From: an uncultured Comamonadaceae bacterium
GTDB taxonomy: Bacteria; Pseudomonadota; Alphaproteobacteria; Elsterales; Elsteraceae
Assembly (NCBI GenBank): GCA_964428065.1
Contig: CAYRWZ010000003.1
Location: forward strand, 1,499 to 65,056
Direction: 5' to 3'
Length of the DNA stretch: 63,558 nucleotides
Positions 54,717 through 63,558 of this stretch are shown here, piece after piece (position 1 is the first letter of the stretch; each line of letters starts with the position of its first letter). A model generated the notes under the pieces. The model made no database searches and had not been told where the DNA came from. It saw only the letters and a list, made by a program, of their open reading frames with translations. Position numbers and translations under genes: made by a program.

Positions 54717-55136
54717 ATGGCCCTGTTCTTCAGCGGAACCTATGACGAGGCCTTCGCCCTGCTGGTGGAGGCGCGGGATTATCTGGCCGATCAGGAAGGC
54801 AATCACCGGGACCGCCTGTCGCCCGATCTGCGCCTGGCGGCCAATTGCGAAGCGCTGCGCCTGACCTCCCGATTGACCCAGGTAATGGCTTGGCTGTTGG
54901 TGCAGAAGGCGGTCCATGCCGGGGAAATGACGGCCGATCAGGCGCGCGGCGATGCCTTTCGGCTGGGCGGCCATTCAGTATGCCTGAAAACCGGCCCGGA
55001 TGATAATCAGAACCTGCCCAAGGGGCTGCGCGATCTTTTGTCCCGCAGCTATCACCTGTATCGGCGGATAGAGCGGTTGGATATCGCCCTGGCCGATGGG
55101 CTGCCGGTGGAAGGCGCCCGCGCCACGATCAACTAG
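54717..55136 (+). CDS. DUF1465 protein (RcdA-like regulator of CtrA degradation)
   Basis: YDEAFALLVEARDYL..RLTSRLTQVMAWLLVQKAV..L matches the DUF1465/RcdA pattern. SD GGGGGAGA lies before ATG 54717. Confidence 0.78.
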   Translation: MALFFSGTYDEAFALLVEARDYLADQEGNHRDRLSPDLRLAANCEALRLTSRLTQVMAWLLVQKAVHAGEMTADQARGDAFRLGGHSVCLKTGPDDNQNLPKGLRDLLSRSYHLYRRIERLDIALADGLPVEGARATIN

Positions 55137-55185
55137 CGCCCTGATTGATGATCACCCCGATTGACCGGCCCGATCTCGCCACACG

Positions 55186-55216
55186 CAAAAAGCGCGGCCG
55201 AAGCATCGACCGCGCC
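55186..55216 (-). terminator. Probable rpmE terminator
   Basis: Minus strand: GCGCGG..CCGCGC stem followed by TTTTTGCGTG. Confidence 0.5.
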
Positions 55217-55272
55217 TTGATCAACCGGGGATGCACAGCCGCACCCCCGCCCATCGATCAGGATGTGCGTTC

Positions 55273-55500
55273 TTAGGCCTTCAGGCCCAGGCTGGCGAAA
55301 CGCTTGTTGAAGCGCGCCAGCTGACCGCCGTCCAGCAGACGGGCGCTGGTGTTGCCGGTCCAGGCCGGGTGCGACTTCGGATCGATTTCCAAACGAAGCG
55401 TATCCCCCGCCTTCCCATAGGTCGACCGGGTGGTATAGGTGGTCCCGTCGGTCATGATGACGGTGATTTCATGGTAATCGGGATGGATATCGGCTTTCAT
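55273..55500 (-). CDS. rpmE: 50S ribosomal protein L31
   Basis: [48 protein letters not shown] (75 aa). This form lacks the CxxC pair. Confidence 0.95.
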   Translation of the reverse strand: MKADIHPDYHEITVIMTDGTTYTTRSTYGKAGDTLRLEIDPKSHPAWTGNTSARLLDGGQLARFNKRFASLGLKA

Positions 55501-55668
55501 GGCGCGCTCGCTTGCGGTCGCTGGAGGTCTCAAAACTGTCGAAGGCGGGCATATAGCCGATAGGCGGGACGAACGCAAGTCTGGAGTCGCAGCGCATCGC
55601 TTGTGCTAGGGCCATCCGCTTGCTATAGCGGCCTATCGACAGGTTTCTTGCAGCAACGACAGGCACCC

Positions 55669-57522
55669 ATGGCGCAGAGCGACGCGGCGGCACCGTCCTC
55701 CCCTCCCCCTCCAGCCTCTAATGCGGCTCCCGCTTCGGCGCAGGATCGTCCGAAATCGCGCTCGCTAAAGCCGTTGCGGCTGCTGGTGCGCTATTTGGCG
55801 CCGCATCGCTGGCGGGTGGCGGGGGCCGCGCTGGCCTTGACCGTGGCCGCCGCAACCGTGCTGGTTCTGGGCGTCGGTCTGCGCACCCTGGTCGATCAGG
55901 GGTTCGTCAGCGGCCAGGCTGACTTGCTGGATCAGGCGGTGTTGAGCCTGTTCGCCATTGTCGGCGTGCTGGCCCTGTCCACCTTCTGCCGGTTCTATCT
56001 GGTGTCGTGGCTGGGCGAACGGGTGGTGGCCGATCTGCGCCGCGATGTGTTCGCCCGCGCCATCGCCCTGGATGCCGGGTTCTATGACACGGCGCGAACG
56101 GCGGAAATCTCCTCCCGGCTGACGACCGATACCGCGATCATCGAAACCGTGGTCGGCTCCAGCGCGTCGTTCGTGCTGCGCAACAGCCTGATGTTCCTGG
56201 GCGGCACGGTCATGCTGCTGGTGACCAGTCCGAAGCTGACCGCGCTGGTCTTTCTGGTTGTGCCGCTGGTCATTGTGCCGATCCTGGTGTTCGGGCGGCG
56301 GGTGCGGCGGCTGTCCCGCGCCTCCCAGGATGCGATTGCCGCCGTCAGCGTGCAATCGACCGAGGCGTTGCAGGGCATTCGCACCGTCCAGGCCTTCACC
56401 CACGAGGCGGAGGAGCGCAAGCGGTTCGGCCAGCGGGTCGAAGGCGCCTTTGCCGCCGCCCATGCCCGCATCCGCGCCCGCGCCTTCCTGACCGCCGTGG
56501 TCATGCTGCTGGTGTTCGGCGCAATCAGCGCGATTCTGTGGATCGGCGGCCATGATGTGATGGCCGGGCGGATCAGTGCGGGCGAATTGTCGGCCTTCGT
56601 CTTTTACGCCGCCGTGGTTGCCGGGGCGGTGGGCGGCATTTCCGAAGTGATGGGCGATTTCCAGCGCGCCGCCGGGGCCGCCGAACGGATCGCCGAACTG
56701 CTGGCGACCGAACCGGCGATCCGCGCGCCCGAACAGCCCCTGCCGCTGACGGAGCCAGTGCGCGGCGCGGTCGAATTCGACCGGGTGACCTTCCATTACC
56801 CAACCCGGCCCGACCGCCCCGCCCTGTCCGACGTATCGTTCAAAGTGGCTGCCGGGGAACGGGTGGCGATTGTCGGTCATAGCGGCAGCGGCAAATCCAC
56901 CCTGCTGCACCTGCTGCTGCGGCTCTACGATGCCGACCAGGGCACGATCCGCTTCGACGGGGTGCCGCTGCGCGCGCTGGACCCGCACGATCTGCGCCGG
57001 CAGATCGGCATCGTTGCGCAGGACCCGCAGATTTTCGCCGCCAGCGCCGCCGACAATATCCGCTATGGCCGCCCGGATGCCAGCCTGGAGGACGTGCGCG
57101 CCGCCGCCCGCGCCGCCCATGCCGATGAATTCATCGCCAAGCTGCCCGAGGGCTATGACAGTTTCCTGGGCGAACGGGGCGTGCGCCTATCGGGCGGGCA
57201 GCGCCAGCGGCTGGCGATTGCCCGGGCGATCCTGCGCGCCCCGGCACTGCTGCTGCTGGACGAAGCGACCAGCGCGCTGGATGCCGAATCGGAAAAGCTG
57301 GTCCAGCAGGCGCTGGACAGCCTGATGCGCGACCGCACCACGCTGGTGATCGCCCACCGCCTGGCCACCGTGCGCGATGCCGACCGGATTCTGGTCTTAA
57401 GCGACGGGCGGATCGTCGAAACCGGCACCCATGCCGATCTGACCCGGCAGAACGGCCTCTATGCCCGCCTGGCTGCGCTGCAATTCCGCGATACCGACAG
57501 CGCGCCAGAAGCGGCACAATAG
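55669..57522 (+). CDS. ABC exporter, fused permease/ATPase (MsbA/ABCB-like)
   Basis: Six-TM exporter domain. GHSGSGKST (Walker A), LSGGQRQRLAIARAIL, LLLLDEATSALD, IAHRL. Confidence 0.9.
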   Translation: MAQSDAAAPSSPPPPASNAAPASAQDRPKSRSLKPLRLLVRYLAPHRWRVAGAALALTVAAATVLVLGVGLRTLVDQGFVSGQADLLDQAVLSLFAIVGVLALSTFCRFYLVSWLGERVVADLRRDVFARAIALDAGFYDTARTAEISSRLTTDTAIIETVVGSSASFVLRNSLMFLGGTVMLLVTSPKLTALVFLVVPLVIVPILVFGRRVRRLSRASQDAIAAVSVQSTEALQGIRTVQAFTHEAEERKRFGQRVEGAFAAAHARIRARAFLTAVVMLLVFGAISAILWIGGHDVMAGRISAGELSAFVFYAAVVAGAVGGISEVMGDFQRAAGAAERIAELLATEPAIRAPEQPLPLTEPVRGAVEFDRVTFHYPTRPDRPALSDVSFKVAAGERVAIVGHSGSGKSTLLHLLLRLYDADQGTIRFDGVPLRALDPHDLRRQIGIVAQDPQIFAASAADNIRYGRPDASLEDVRAAARAAHADEFIAKLPEGYDSFLGERGVRLSGGQRQRLAIARAILRAPALLLLDEATSALDAESEKLVQQALDSLMRDRTTLVIAHRLATVRDADRILVLSDGRIVETGTHADLTRQNGLYARLAALQFRDTDSAPEAAQ

Positions 57523-57561
57523 CGCCGCCTCTTACTGCCCACTTACGCGAGGCGGTGCAGG

Positions 57562-58596
57562 CTAGGCCCGCATCACCTGCTGGTCGATGGCGCCGAAGAT
57601 GCTGGCGCCGGCCGCATCGCGCATTTCGATCCGCACCCGGTCGCCAAACCGCAGGAACGGGGTTTTCGGTGCGCCATCGCGGATGGTTTCCACCATGCGC
57701 AGCTCGGCAATGCAGGAATAGCCAAGTCCGCCATCCGCCACCGGCCGCCCCGGCCCGCCAGAGGCATCGCGGTTGGACACGGTACCCGACCCGATGATGC
57801 TGCCAGCGGCCAGCGGACGGGTCTTGGCGGCATGGGCGATCAGCGTCGGGAAATCGAAGGTCATATCGACCCCGGCATTGGGCTGGCCGAACAGCGCGCC
57901 ATTGACATGGGACAGCAGCGGCAGGTGCAACCGGCCGCCATCCCACGCCGCCCCCAGTTCATCCGGGGTGACGGCGACCGGCGCAAAGGCGCTGGACGGC
58001 TTGGACTGGAAAAAGCCGAATCCCTTGGCCAGTTCGCCGGGGATCAGGTTACGCAGCGACACATCGTTGACCAGCGTGATCAGACGGATCGTCTGGGCCG
58101 CCCGGTCCCGGTCCGCGCCCATCGGCACATCGTCAACGATGACGGCGATTTCCGCTTCGAAATCGATGCCATACTCCTCCTCCGCCATGCGGATCGGGGC
58201 GGTCGGGGCCAGGAAACTGTCCGATCCGCCCTGATACATCAGCGGGTCGGTCCAGAAGCTGGCGGGCATGTCAGCCTTGCGGGCCTGCCGCACCAGGGCG
58301 ACATGGTTCACATAGGCGCTGCCATCGCACCATTGATAGGCGCGCGGCAGGGGCGAGTGGAGGCGCGCCGGATCATAAGGCATGGCATCCGGCAGGCCGC
58401 CTGCGTTCAAGGCATCGGAGCGCGCCTGCAACAACGGCGCAACCGCCGACCAGCGATCCAGACAGGCTTGCAGGCTGGGCGCGATATCGGCAACCGGAAC
58501 CATCCGGGTCAGATCGCGCGATACCAGCATCGGCGTGCCGTCGCGGGTGCCGGACGGCGCATCCGCCCCTGCGGGCGTTAACGTGGCAAGTTTCAT
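57562..58596 (-). CDS. Fumarylacetoacetate hydrolase (FAH) family protein
   Basis: FEAEIAVIV..LVNDVSLRNL..GSIIGSGTVSN. Last gene of the hpd-hmgA operon. Confidence 0.85.
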   Translation of the reverse strand: MKLATLTPAGADAPSGTRDGTPMLVSRDLTRMVPVADIAPSLQACLDRWSAVAPLLQARSDALNAGGLPDAMPYDPARLHSPLPRAYQWCDGSAYVNHVALVRQARKADMPASFWTDPLMYQGGSDSFLAPTAPIRMAEEEYGIDFEAEIAVIVDDVPMGADRDRAAQTIRLITLVNDVSLRNLIPGELAKGFGFFQSKPSSAFAPVAVTPDELGAAWDGGRLHLPLLSHVNGALFGQPNAGVDMTFDFPTLIAHAAKTRPLAAGSIIGSGTVSNRDASGGPGRPVADGGLGYSCIAELRMVETIRDGAPKTPFLRFGDRVRIEMRDAAGASIFGAIDQQVMRA

Positions 58597-58614
58597 CGAC
58601 GGACAATCCCGCTG

Positions 58615-59763
58615 CTAGGGCTTGGGAACGGACGGGGTGGGGGCGCCGCGCCAGCTATCGACATATCCGGTCCATTCGACCCCATCGGCGGCGGGCGCGA
58701 TATCGACCGCGTCGCGGGTGTCGATCATCACAGCCACTTCATCGGTTTCGCCGGATTTGGGGCTGAAGGCGTTTTGCAGCGCCTTGGGGTGCGGGCCATG
58801 GGGAAAGCCGCAGGGATGCAGCGTCACCATGCCGGGATGGATGTTGTCGCGGCTGAAGAACTTGCCGCGGTGATAGAAGATGATTTCGTCGAAATCGTCG
58901 TTGTTGTGGAAAAACGGCACTTTCAGCGCGCCGGGATCGGTTTCGAACGGGCGCGGCACGAAGGTGCAGACGACGAACCGGCTGGCGACAAAAGTGCTGT
59001 GGACGGATGGCGGCAGGTGATAGCGATGGCTCATCACCGGGCGGATATCGCGCCAGTTCAACCGCACCGGCATCAGCGTGCCGTGCCAGCCGACCGCATC
59101 CAGTGGATTGAACGGATAGGTGACGGTGGACAGCGCATTGCGGCGCTTTATGACGACCCGCCAGGTGTGCGGCCCCTGCTGGGCGCGGAAGGCATCGTCG
59201 ATCCGGGGCATATCCAGCACCGCCGGGTCGAAAATCGCATGGGGCCCCAAGATGCCCTTATCGGGCAGGCGGTAGCTGTCGTTGGTCGCCTCGATCAGCA
59301 GGGCTTGCACAGGAGTCGTTGGCTCCAACCGCCACAGGGTGCCGCGCGGCAGCACCACGTAATCGCCCTCCCGCAGTTCCAGATGACCGTAATCGCAGAA
59401 CAGATGCCCGGCCCCGGCATGGATGAACAGCAAGTCATCGCCATCGCCGTTGCGCACCAAATGGTCCATCGGGGCTGTGCAGGTCCAGAACCGCATCCGC
59501 ATCTGGGCGTTGGTCAGGATTTCCGCCGCATCCCACGGGCTGTCCGACACCGGCACCAGGCGCGTCAGATCGAAGGCGCGCGGCTTCAGCGGCCCATCCC
59601 AGGCAACCCAGCCGGTCGGCGGGTTCTGGTGATACATGTGGGTCGCCGGGCCGAAAAACCCTTCCTTGCCCAATTCGCGTTCATAGGTGCCGGGCGGCAG
59701 ATCGCAATGGGCCTGGCGAGAGGCCAGCCCCTCGCTCTGCGGCAGGGAAATCAATTGCTTCAT
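58615..59763 (-). CDS. hmgA: Homogentisate 1,2-dioxygenase family protein (short form)
   Basis: [42 protein letters not shown] matches the HgmA metal-site region (FH.N..E......G......PG..SLH....PHGP). It sits between hpd and fah. Confidence 0.8.
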   Translation of the reverse strand: MKQLISLPQSEGLASRQAHCDLPPGTYERELGKEGFFGPATHMYHQNPPTGWVAWDGPLKPRAFDLTRLVPVSDSPWDAAEILTNAQMRMRFWTCTAPMDHLVRNGDGDDLLFIHAGAGHLFCDYGHLELREGDYVVLPRGTLWRLEPTTPVQALLIEATNDSYRLPDKGILGPHAIFDPAVLDMPRIDDAFRAQQGPHTWRVVIKRRNALSTVTYPFNPLDAVGWHGTLMPVRLNWRDIRPVMSHRYHLPPSVHSTFVASRFVVCTFVPRPFETDPGALKVPFFHNNDDFDEIIFYHRGKFFSRDNIHPGMVTLHPCGFPHGPHPKALQNAFSPKSGETDEVAVMIDTRDAVDIAPAADGVEWTGYVDSWRGAPTPSVPKP

Positions 59764-60833
59764 GCCGCGCCCCCCTGCAACACGCCGCGCCGGATCTGAT
59801 CCAGTTCGATCGATTCGAACAGGGCGCGGAAATTGCCCTCGCCGAACCCTTCGTCACCCTTGCGCTGGATGATTTCGAAGAAGATCGGGCCAATCACGGT
59901 TTCGGTGAAAATCTGCAACAGCAGCCCGCCATTTTCGGTCGGCGCGCCATCGATCAGGATGCGGTTGGCCTTCAGGCGGGCCAGATCCTCCCGATGATAG
60001 GGCAGCCGCTTGCCAACCAGATCGTAATAGGTGTCCGGCGTGTCGAGGAAGCTGACGCCCTGGCGCTTCAGCCCTTCAACCGTGGCATAGATATCGTCAG
60101 CGGCCAGCGCAATATGCTGAATCCCCTCGCCGTTATAGGCGGTCAGATATTCCTCGATCTGGCTTTTATCGTCAGAGCTTTCGTTGATCGGGATGCGGAT
60201 CTTGCCGCACGGGCTGGTCATCGCTTTCGATTTCAGCCCGGTCAGCTTGCCTTCGATGTCGAAGTAGCGGATCTCCCGGAAGTTGAACAGCTTTTCATAG
60301 AATTCCGCCCAGGCATCCATCCGCCCACGATGGACATTGTGGGTCAGATGGTCGATCACGGTCAGGCCCTGGCCCTTGGGATTGGGGTCCACGCCGGGAA
60401 TCGGCTTGAAATCGACATCATAGATCGTGTGGTCGCCATAGCGATCGACCAGATAAATCAGGCTGCCGCCAATGCCTTCGATCGCGGGGATGTTCAGCTC
60501 CATCGGGCCGACCGGGCCGCGATGGACCTTGGCGCCCAGCGCTTCGGCCCGCTTGACCGCCGCCGCCGCATCGGCCACGCGGAACGCCATGGCGCAGGCA
60601 CTGGGGCCATGCACGCGGGCGAAGGACTGGGCGAAACTGTCGGGTTCGGCATTGACGATGAAATTGACATCGCCCTGCCGATACAGCGTCACATCCTTGG
60701 ACCGGTGACGGGCGACCGCCGTGAAGCCCATCCCTTCAAACAGCCGGCCCAGGGCGGCGGTATCGGGGGCCGTATATTCGACGAACTCGAACCCGTCGGT
60801 GCCCATCGGATTGATATCGGTAATGCCTGCCAT
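59760..60833 (-). CDS. hpd: 4-hydroxyphenylpyruvate dioxygenase
   Basis: [87 protein letters not shown] 60833 lies inside the longer track ORF. Confidence 0.93.
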   Translation of the reverse strand: MAGITDINPMGTDGFEFVEYTAPDTAALGRLFEGMGFTAVARHRSKDVTLYRQGDVNFIVNAEPDSFAQSFARVHGPSACAMAFRVADAAAAVKRAEALGAKVHRGPVGPMELNIPAIEGIGGSLIYLVDRYGDHTIYDVDFKPIPGVDPNPKGQGLTVIDHLTHNVHRGRMDAWAEFYEKLFNFREIRYFDIEGKLTGLKSKAMTSPCGKIRIPINESSDDKSQIEEYLTAYNGEGIQHIALAADDIYATVEGLKRQGVSFLDTPDTYYDLVGKRLPYHREDLARLKANRILIDGAPTENGGLLLQIFTETVIGPIFFEIIQRKGDEGFGEGNFRALFESIELDQIRRGVLQGGAA

Positions 60834-60981
60834 GGACCGCCTCCCCGCGGTGGATGGTTGCTGCGACGATCCCGGGAGGGCATGGAGATCCCAGACCAGT
60901 TCAGTCCGGATGCCCCCGAATGCTGTTGCCCGCGCCGCGCCGTTCAACCATTCTGGATGGATCATAAGGTGGTTGACCGGA

Positions 60982-61005
60982 ATTTAGTTTCACTTGAAAC
61001 CAAAT
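60982..61005. promoter_or_regulatory. Near-palindrome ATTTAGTTTCA-CT-TGAAACCAAAT in the hpd/marR divergent region (candidate MarR operator)
   Basis: Core GTTTCA-N2-TGAAAC is perfect; the 11-nt arms have one mismatch. It lies between the divergent genes, next to a TTGACC hexamer (60973-78). Confidence 0.4.
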
Positions 61006-61056
61006 GCAAGCGGAACCGAACGCCGGGGCGCCGCCAATCCTGTGGTGATTGCAAGA

Positions 61057-61563
61057 ATGGAAACGCCCATGGCCGAATCCCGGTTGGATCTGGACCAGTT
61101 CATCCCCTATCGCCTGTCGGTCCTGTCCAACCGTGTCAGCGGCCTGATCGCGCGGCTGTATGCCGATCAGTTTCAGCTCACCATCCCGGAATGGCGGGTG
61201 CTGGCGGTCCTTGGGCGCTATGGGCCGATGACGGCAACCGATGTGGCCGGGCGGACCGCGATGGACAAGGTGCGGGTCAGCCGCGCCATCGCCCGCCTGA
61301 TCGATGCCGGGCGGATCGCCCGCCAGGTCGATCCCAATGACCGCCGCCGCCTGACGCTGGATATGGCCCCGGCCGGGCGGGAGGTTTACGAGAAGATCGT
61401 CCCCCTGGCCCAGGATGCCGAAGCGCGGCTGTTGCGTTCGGTCACCGCCGGGGAACGCAACGCGCTGGACCGGCTGATCGCCAAGCTGGACACCGCCGTG
61501 GCCCAGGTGTCGGAAGAATACGGCTTCGGCGCCGATCCGGTCGGCACCGATCACGGGGTTTAG
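61057..61563 (+). CDS. MarR-family transcriptional regulator
   Basis: LTIPEWRVLAVLGRYGPMTATDVAGRTAMDKVRVSRAIARLIDAGRIARQVDPNDRRRLTLDM is a winged HTH. Start at ATG 61057 or 61069. Confidence 0.88.
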   Translation: METPMAESRLDLDQFIPYRLSVLSNRVSGLIARLYADQFQLTIPEWRVLAVLGRYGPMTATDVAGRTAMDKVRVSRAIARLIDAGRIARQVDPNDRRRLTLDMAPAGREVYEKIVPLAQDAEARLLRSVTAGERNALDRLIAKLDTAVAQVSEEYGFGADPVGTDHGV

Positions 61564-61615
61564 CGGCACTATTGGGTTTAGTGGCACTTAACGAACCAAC
61601 GGGACAGTCCCTCGA

Positions 61616-62137
61616 ATGACCATCGGCCTTCAAATCGGCGGCACCACGGGCGTGGCTGGCTGGCACCATATTCCGCTGACGGGCCAGGCCGCCCCGGACG
61701 ATAGCTGCCCGATCCCGCCGGAGATCAACGCTCTGGACGCTAATGCCTATGACGTGATCTATCTGCCGCGCAGCCTGGAACGGCTGGCCCTGCGCATGCA
61801 GGTCACGCCGTTTCTGAAACAGCTGCGGCCAGCCCTGAAGCCGGACGGGCGGCTGATCATCACGGTGCTAGACCTGAAGCTGATGTTCCAGCTGCTGCGC
61901 CTGCCGGTGCTGGATACAGCCAGCCGGATCAACCTGATCGGCCAGATCTATGGCGATCAGCCGGATGCCCAAACCCATAATCGCAGCGCCTATTCCTTCG
62001 ATATCCTGGAGCTGTTCCTGCGCGATGCCGGCTTTTCGTCATGGCAGCGCATCGGCCCGCCGGGGCTGCATCCGACGCTGGAGGCGGAAACCCTGGGCGG
62101 CGATCAGAAACATATCTTTGTCGAGGCCAAACGATGA
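61616..62137 (+). CDS. Methyltransferase-fold paralogue with degenerate motifs
   Basis: Collinear with the next gene (LQIGGTTGVAGW / LNIGGRTGESGW; LKPDGRLIITV / LAPGGLLLLAV; FLRDAGF / LLTGAGF), but the SHVLEHL block is PRSLERL here. The stop overlaps the next ATG (ATGA). Confidence 0.55.
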   Translation: MTIGLQIGGTTGVAGWHHIPLTGQAAPDDSCPIPPEINALDANAYDVIYLPRSLERLALRMQVTPFLKQLRPALKPDGRLIITVLDLKLMFQLLRLPVLDTASRINLIGQIYGDQPDAQTHNRSAYSFDILELFLRDAGFSSWQRIGPPGLHPTLEAETLGGDQKHIFVEAKR

Positions 62138-62703
62138 TCACGCTTCCCCCGCCCTCGGCCGGGCTGCGCCTCAATATTGGCGGCCGCACAGGGGAGTCGG
62201 GCTGGCTGACCGTCAATGTGGTCGAAGCCCAGGATATCCCAGGCAAGGATCCGCTGCCGATCGACATTATTGGCACCTGCACCAACCTGTCCGCCATGGC
62301 GGATGGTACGGCGGCGGTGATTTATTCATCCCATGTGCTGGAACATCTGTCCTTCCCACACGAAGTGCCGCTGGCCCTGGCGGAATTCCGGCGCGTGCTG
62401 GCGCCGGGCGGGCTGCTGCTGTTGGCAGTGCCAAACCTCGCCTTCACGCTGCACGCGTTCTTCGATCCCAACATGTCGTCGGAAGGCCGGCGGGAGCTGA
62501 TTCTGGAACTTTTCGGTGGTCAGCATTACCGTCACGATTATCACAAGTTCATCTACGATTTTCAGATCCTGGCCGATCTGCTGACCGGGGCCGGGTTCCA
62601 GGGCATAACCCAGCACGACAGTTTCGGCCTGTTCAACGATGCATCGGAATTCCGCATTCTGGGCGAACGCACCAGCCTGAACCTTTCCGCCATCCGGGCC
62701 TGA
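62134..62703 (+). CDS. Class I SAM methyltransferase-like protein (Methyltransf_11/23-like)
   Basis: LNIGGRTGESGWLTVNV..AVIYSSHVLEHLS..EFRRVLAPGGLLLLAVPN fits the small LNxGCG..GWxNxD..HVLEHL methyltransferase family, with Gly replacing the usual Cys. Confidence 0.65.
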   Translation: MITLPPPSAGLRLNIGGRTGESGWLTVNVVEAQDIPGKDPLPIDIIGTCTNLSAMADGTAAVIYSSHVLEHLSFPHEVPLALAEFRRVLAPGGLLLLAVPNLAFTLHAFFDPNMSSEGRRELILELFGGQHYRHDYHKFIYDFQILADLLTGAGFQGITQHDSFGLFNDASEFRILGERTSLNLSAIRA

Positions 62704-62807
62704 TCTCCCCTGCCGTTAAGGGGAGGATTGCGCGGCCGGCGCGGCATGGTATAACCCACGACTTGAGGTGTAACACCTGAGGCATAACAAAAGCTGGGCC
62801 GCAAACC

Positions 62808-63263
62808 TTGTCCCACCCCGTCATCCTGATCCTGAACGGCCCCAACCTGAACCTGCTGGGCACCCGCGAGCCGGACATCTATGGCCGCGACACGCTGGAC
62901 GTGATCCGCAGCGCTTCATCCAAGGCGGCGGAAGCCATGGGATTTACGGTCGATTTCCGCCAGACCAACCATGAGGGCCAGTTGGTCGACTGGATTCAGG
63001 AAGCGCGGGGCACGGCGGCCGGCATCATCATCAATGCCGGCGCTTACACCCACACATCGATCGCCATTCTGGATGCGCTGAAGGCCACCGGCCTGCCGAC
63101 GGTCGAGGTGCATCTGTCCAATATCTTCCACCGCGAGCCGTTCCGGCACAATTCCTATCCGGGGCAGGCGGCAATCGGGGTCATCGCCGGGTTCGGCGGC
63201 CAGTCCTATGTTCTGGCTGTTGCGGCGCTGGCCAATCTGCTGAAAGCAAAACGCGAGGCATAA
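62808..63263 (+). CDS. aroQ: 3-dehydroquinate dehydratase, type II
   Basis: [76 protein letters not shown] start. Confidence 0.93.
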   Translation: MSHPVILILNGPNLNLLGTREPDIYGRDTLDVIRSASSKAAEAMGFTVDFRQTNHEGQLVDWIQEARGTAAGIIINAGAYTHTSIAILDALKATGLPTVEVHLSNIFHREPFRHNSYPGQAAIGVIAGFGGQSYVLAVAALANLLKAKREA

Positions 63264-63558
63264 TGTCCGACACCAAGTTCGACAGCGAGCTGATCCGCAC
63301 GCTCGCCCAGGTCCTTTCCGATACCGGCCTGACCGAGATCGAGTATGAGCGCGGCGATATGCGCATCCGCGTCGCCAAGGAAGCGCCGGCGATCCACATG
63401 CAGGCCCCGATCATGTCGCAGGGCCCGGCAATGGCGCCGGCGATGGCGCCCGCCATGACCGCCGCGCCCGCCGCAGCACCGGCTGCGGCACCCGCCGCTG
63501 CCAACCCGGCCGATCATCCGGGCGCGGTCACCTCCCCCATGGTCGGCACGGTCTATGT
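63263..63558 (+). CDS. accB: Acetyl-CoA carboxylase biotin carboxyl carrier protein, N-terminal part (runs off the right edge)
   Basis: Own translation: [40 protein letters not shown], then an Ala/Pro-rich linker, then HPGAVTSPMVGTVY (start of the biotinyl domain). The ATG overlaps the aroQ stop (TAATG). Not in the ORF track because there is no stop. Confidence 0.9.
   Translation, partial: MSDTKFDSELIRTLAQVLSDTGLTEIEYERGDMRIRVAKEAPAIHMQAPIMSQGPAMAPAMAPAMTAAPAAAPAAAPAAANPADHPGAVTSPMVGTVY

Overview
High-GC chromosomal window, probably alphaproteobacterial (inferred from an RcdA/DUF1465 gene, a two-domain Csp and general gene content). I call about 60 protein genes, 2 tRNAs, 1 decayed IS and 1 frameshifted gene.

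Core blocks:
- Glycosyltransferases, a cNMP-binding protein and an atypical ABC exporter (1-5.6 kb).
- A YejABEF-like peptide ABC importer and a sensor adenylate cyclase (5.7-13.8 kb).
- A zinc/metal uptake module: ZnuA-like, DUF1007 and NicO (17.1-19.9 kb).
- PaiB, isochorismatase and a frameshifted MetC-like gene.
- mreBCD-mrdA-rodA (31.8-37.6 kb), then usp and tyrS.
- A GH31 glycosidase with a sugar ABC operon (42.4-48.8 kb).
- ispB, then csaA, an oxidoreductase and a DegT aminotransferase.
- rcdA-like gene, rpmE and an MsbA-like ABC exporter.
- The tyrosine catabolism operon hpd-hmgA-fah with a divergent MarR.
- aroQ and accB (partial).

Accessory or odd parts:
1. A LuxR/LuxI quorum-sensing locus whose synthase is translationally coupled to a small ribbon-helix-helix protein, followed by a SAM methyltransferase.
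2. An orphan short Mu-Gp45-type spike gene coupled to a PAAR gene, then an AT-rich lipoprotein gene. No other contractile-machine genes are in the window.
3. A mosaic next to tRNA-Lys: a GAF-HisKA protein lacking a kinase domain, an MCP, a decayed IS5/IS427-like element, a coupled 87-aa HTH plus 76-aa gene pair, and a G19 homopolymer.
4. An AT-rich islet carrying an Abi_2-like gene flanked by long perfect hairpins.
5. Duplicated orphan intrinsic terminators with a promoter-like element, suggesting an sRNA.
6. Several perfect palindromes upstream of operons.

All domain calls come from reading motifs by eye. No database search was possible, so family names are recognitions and not verified hits.
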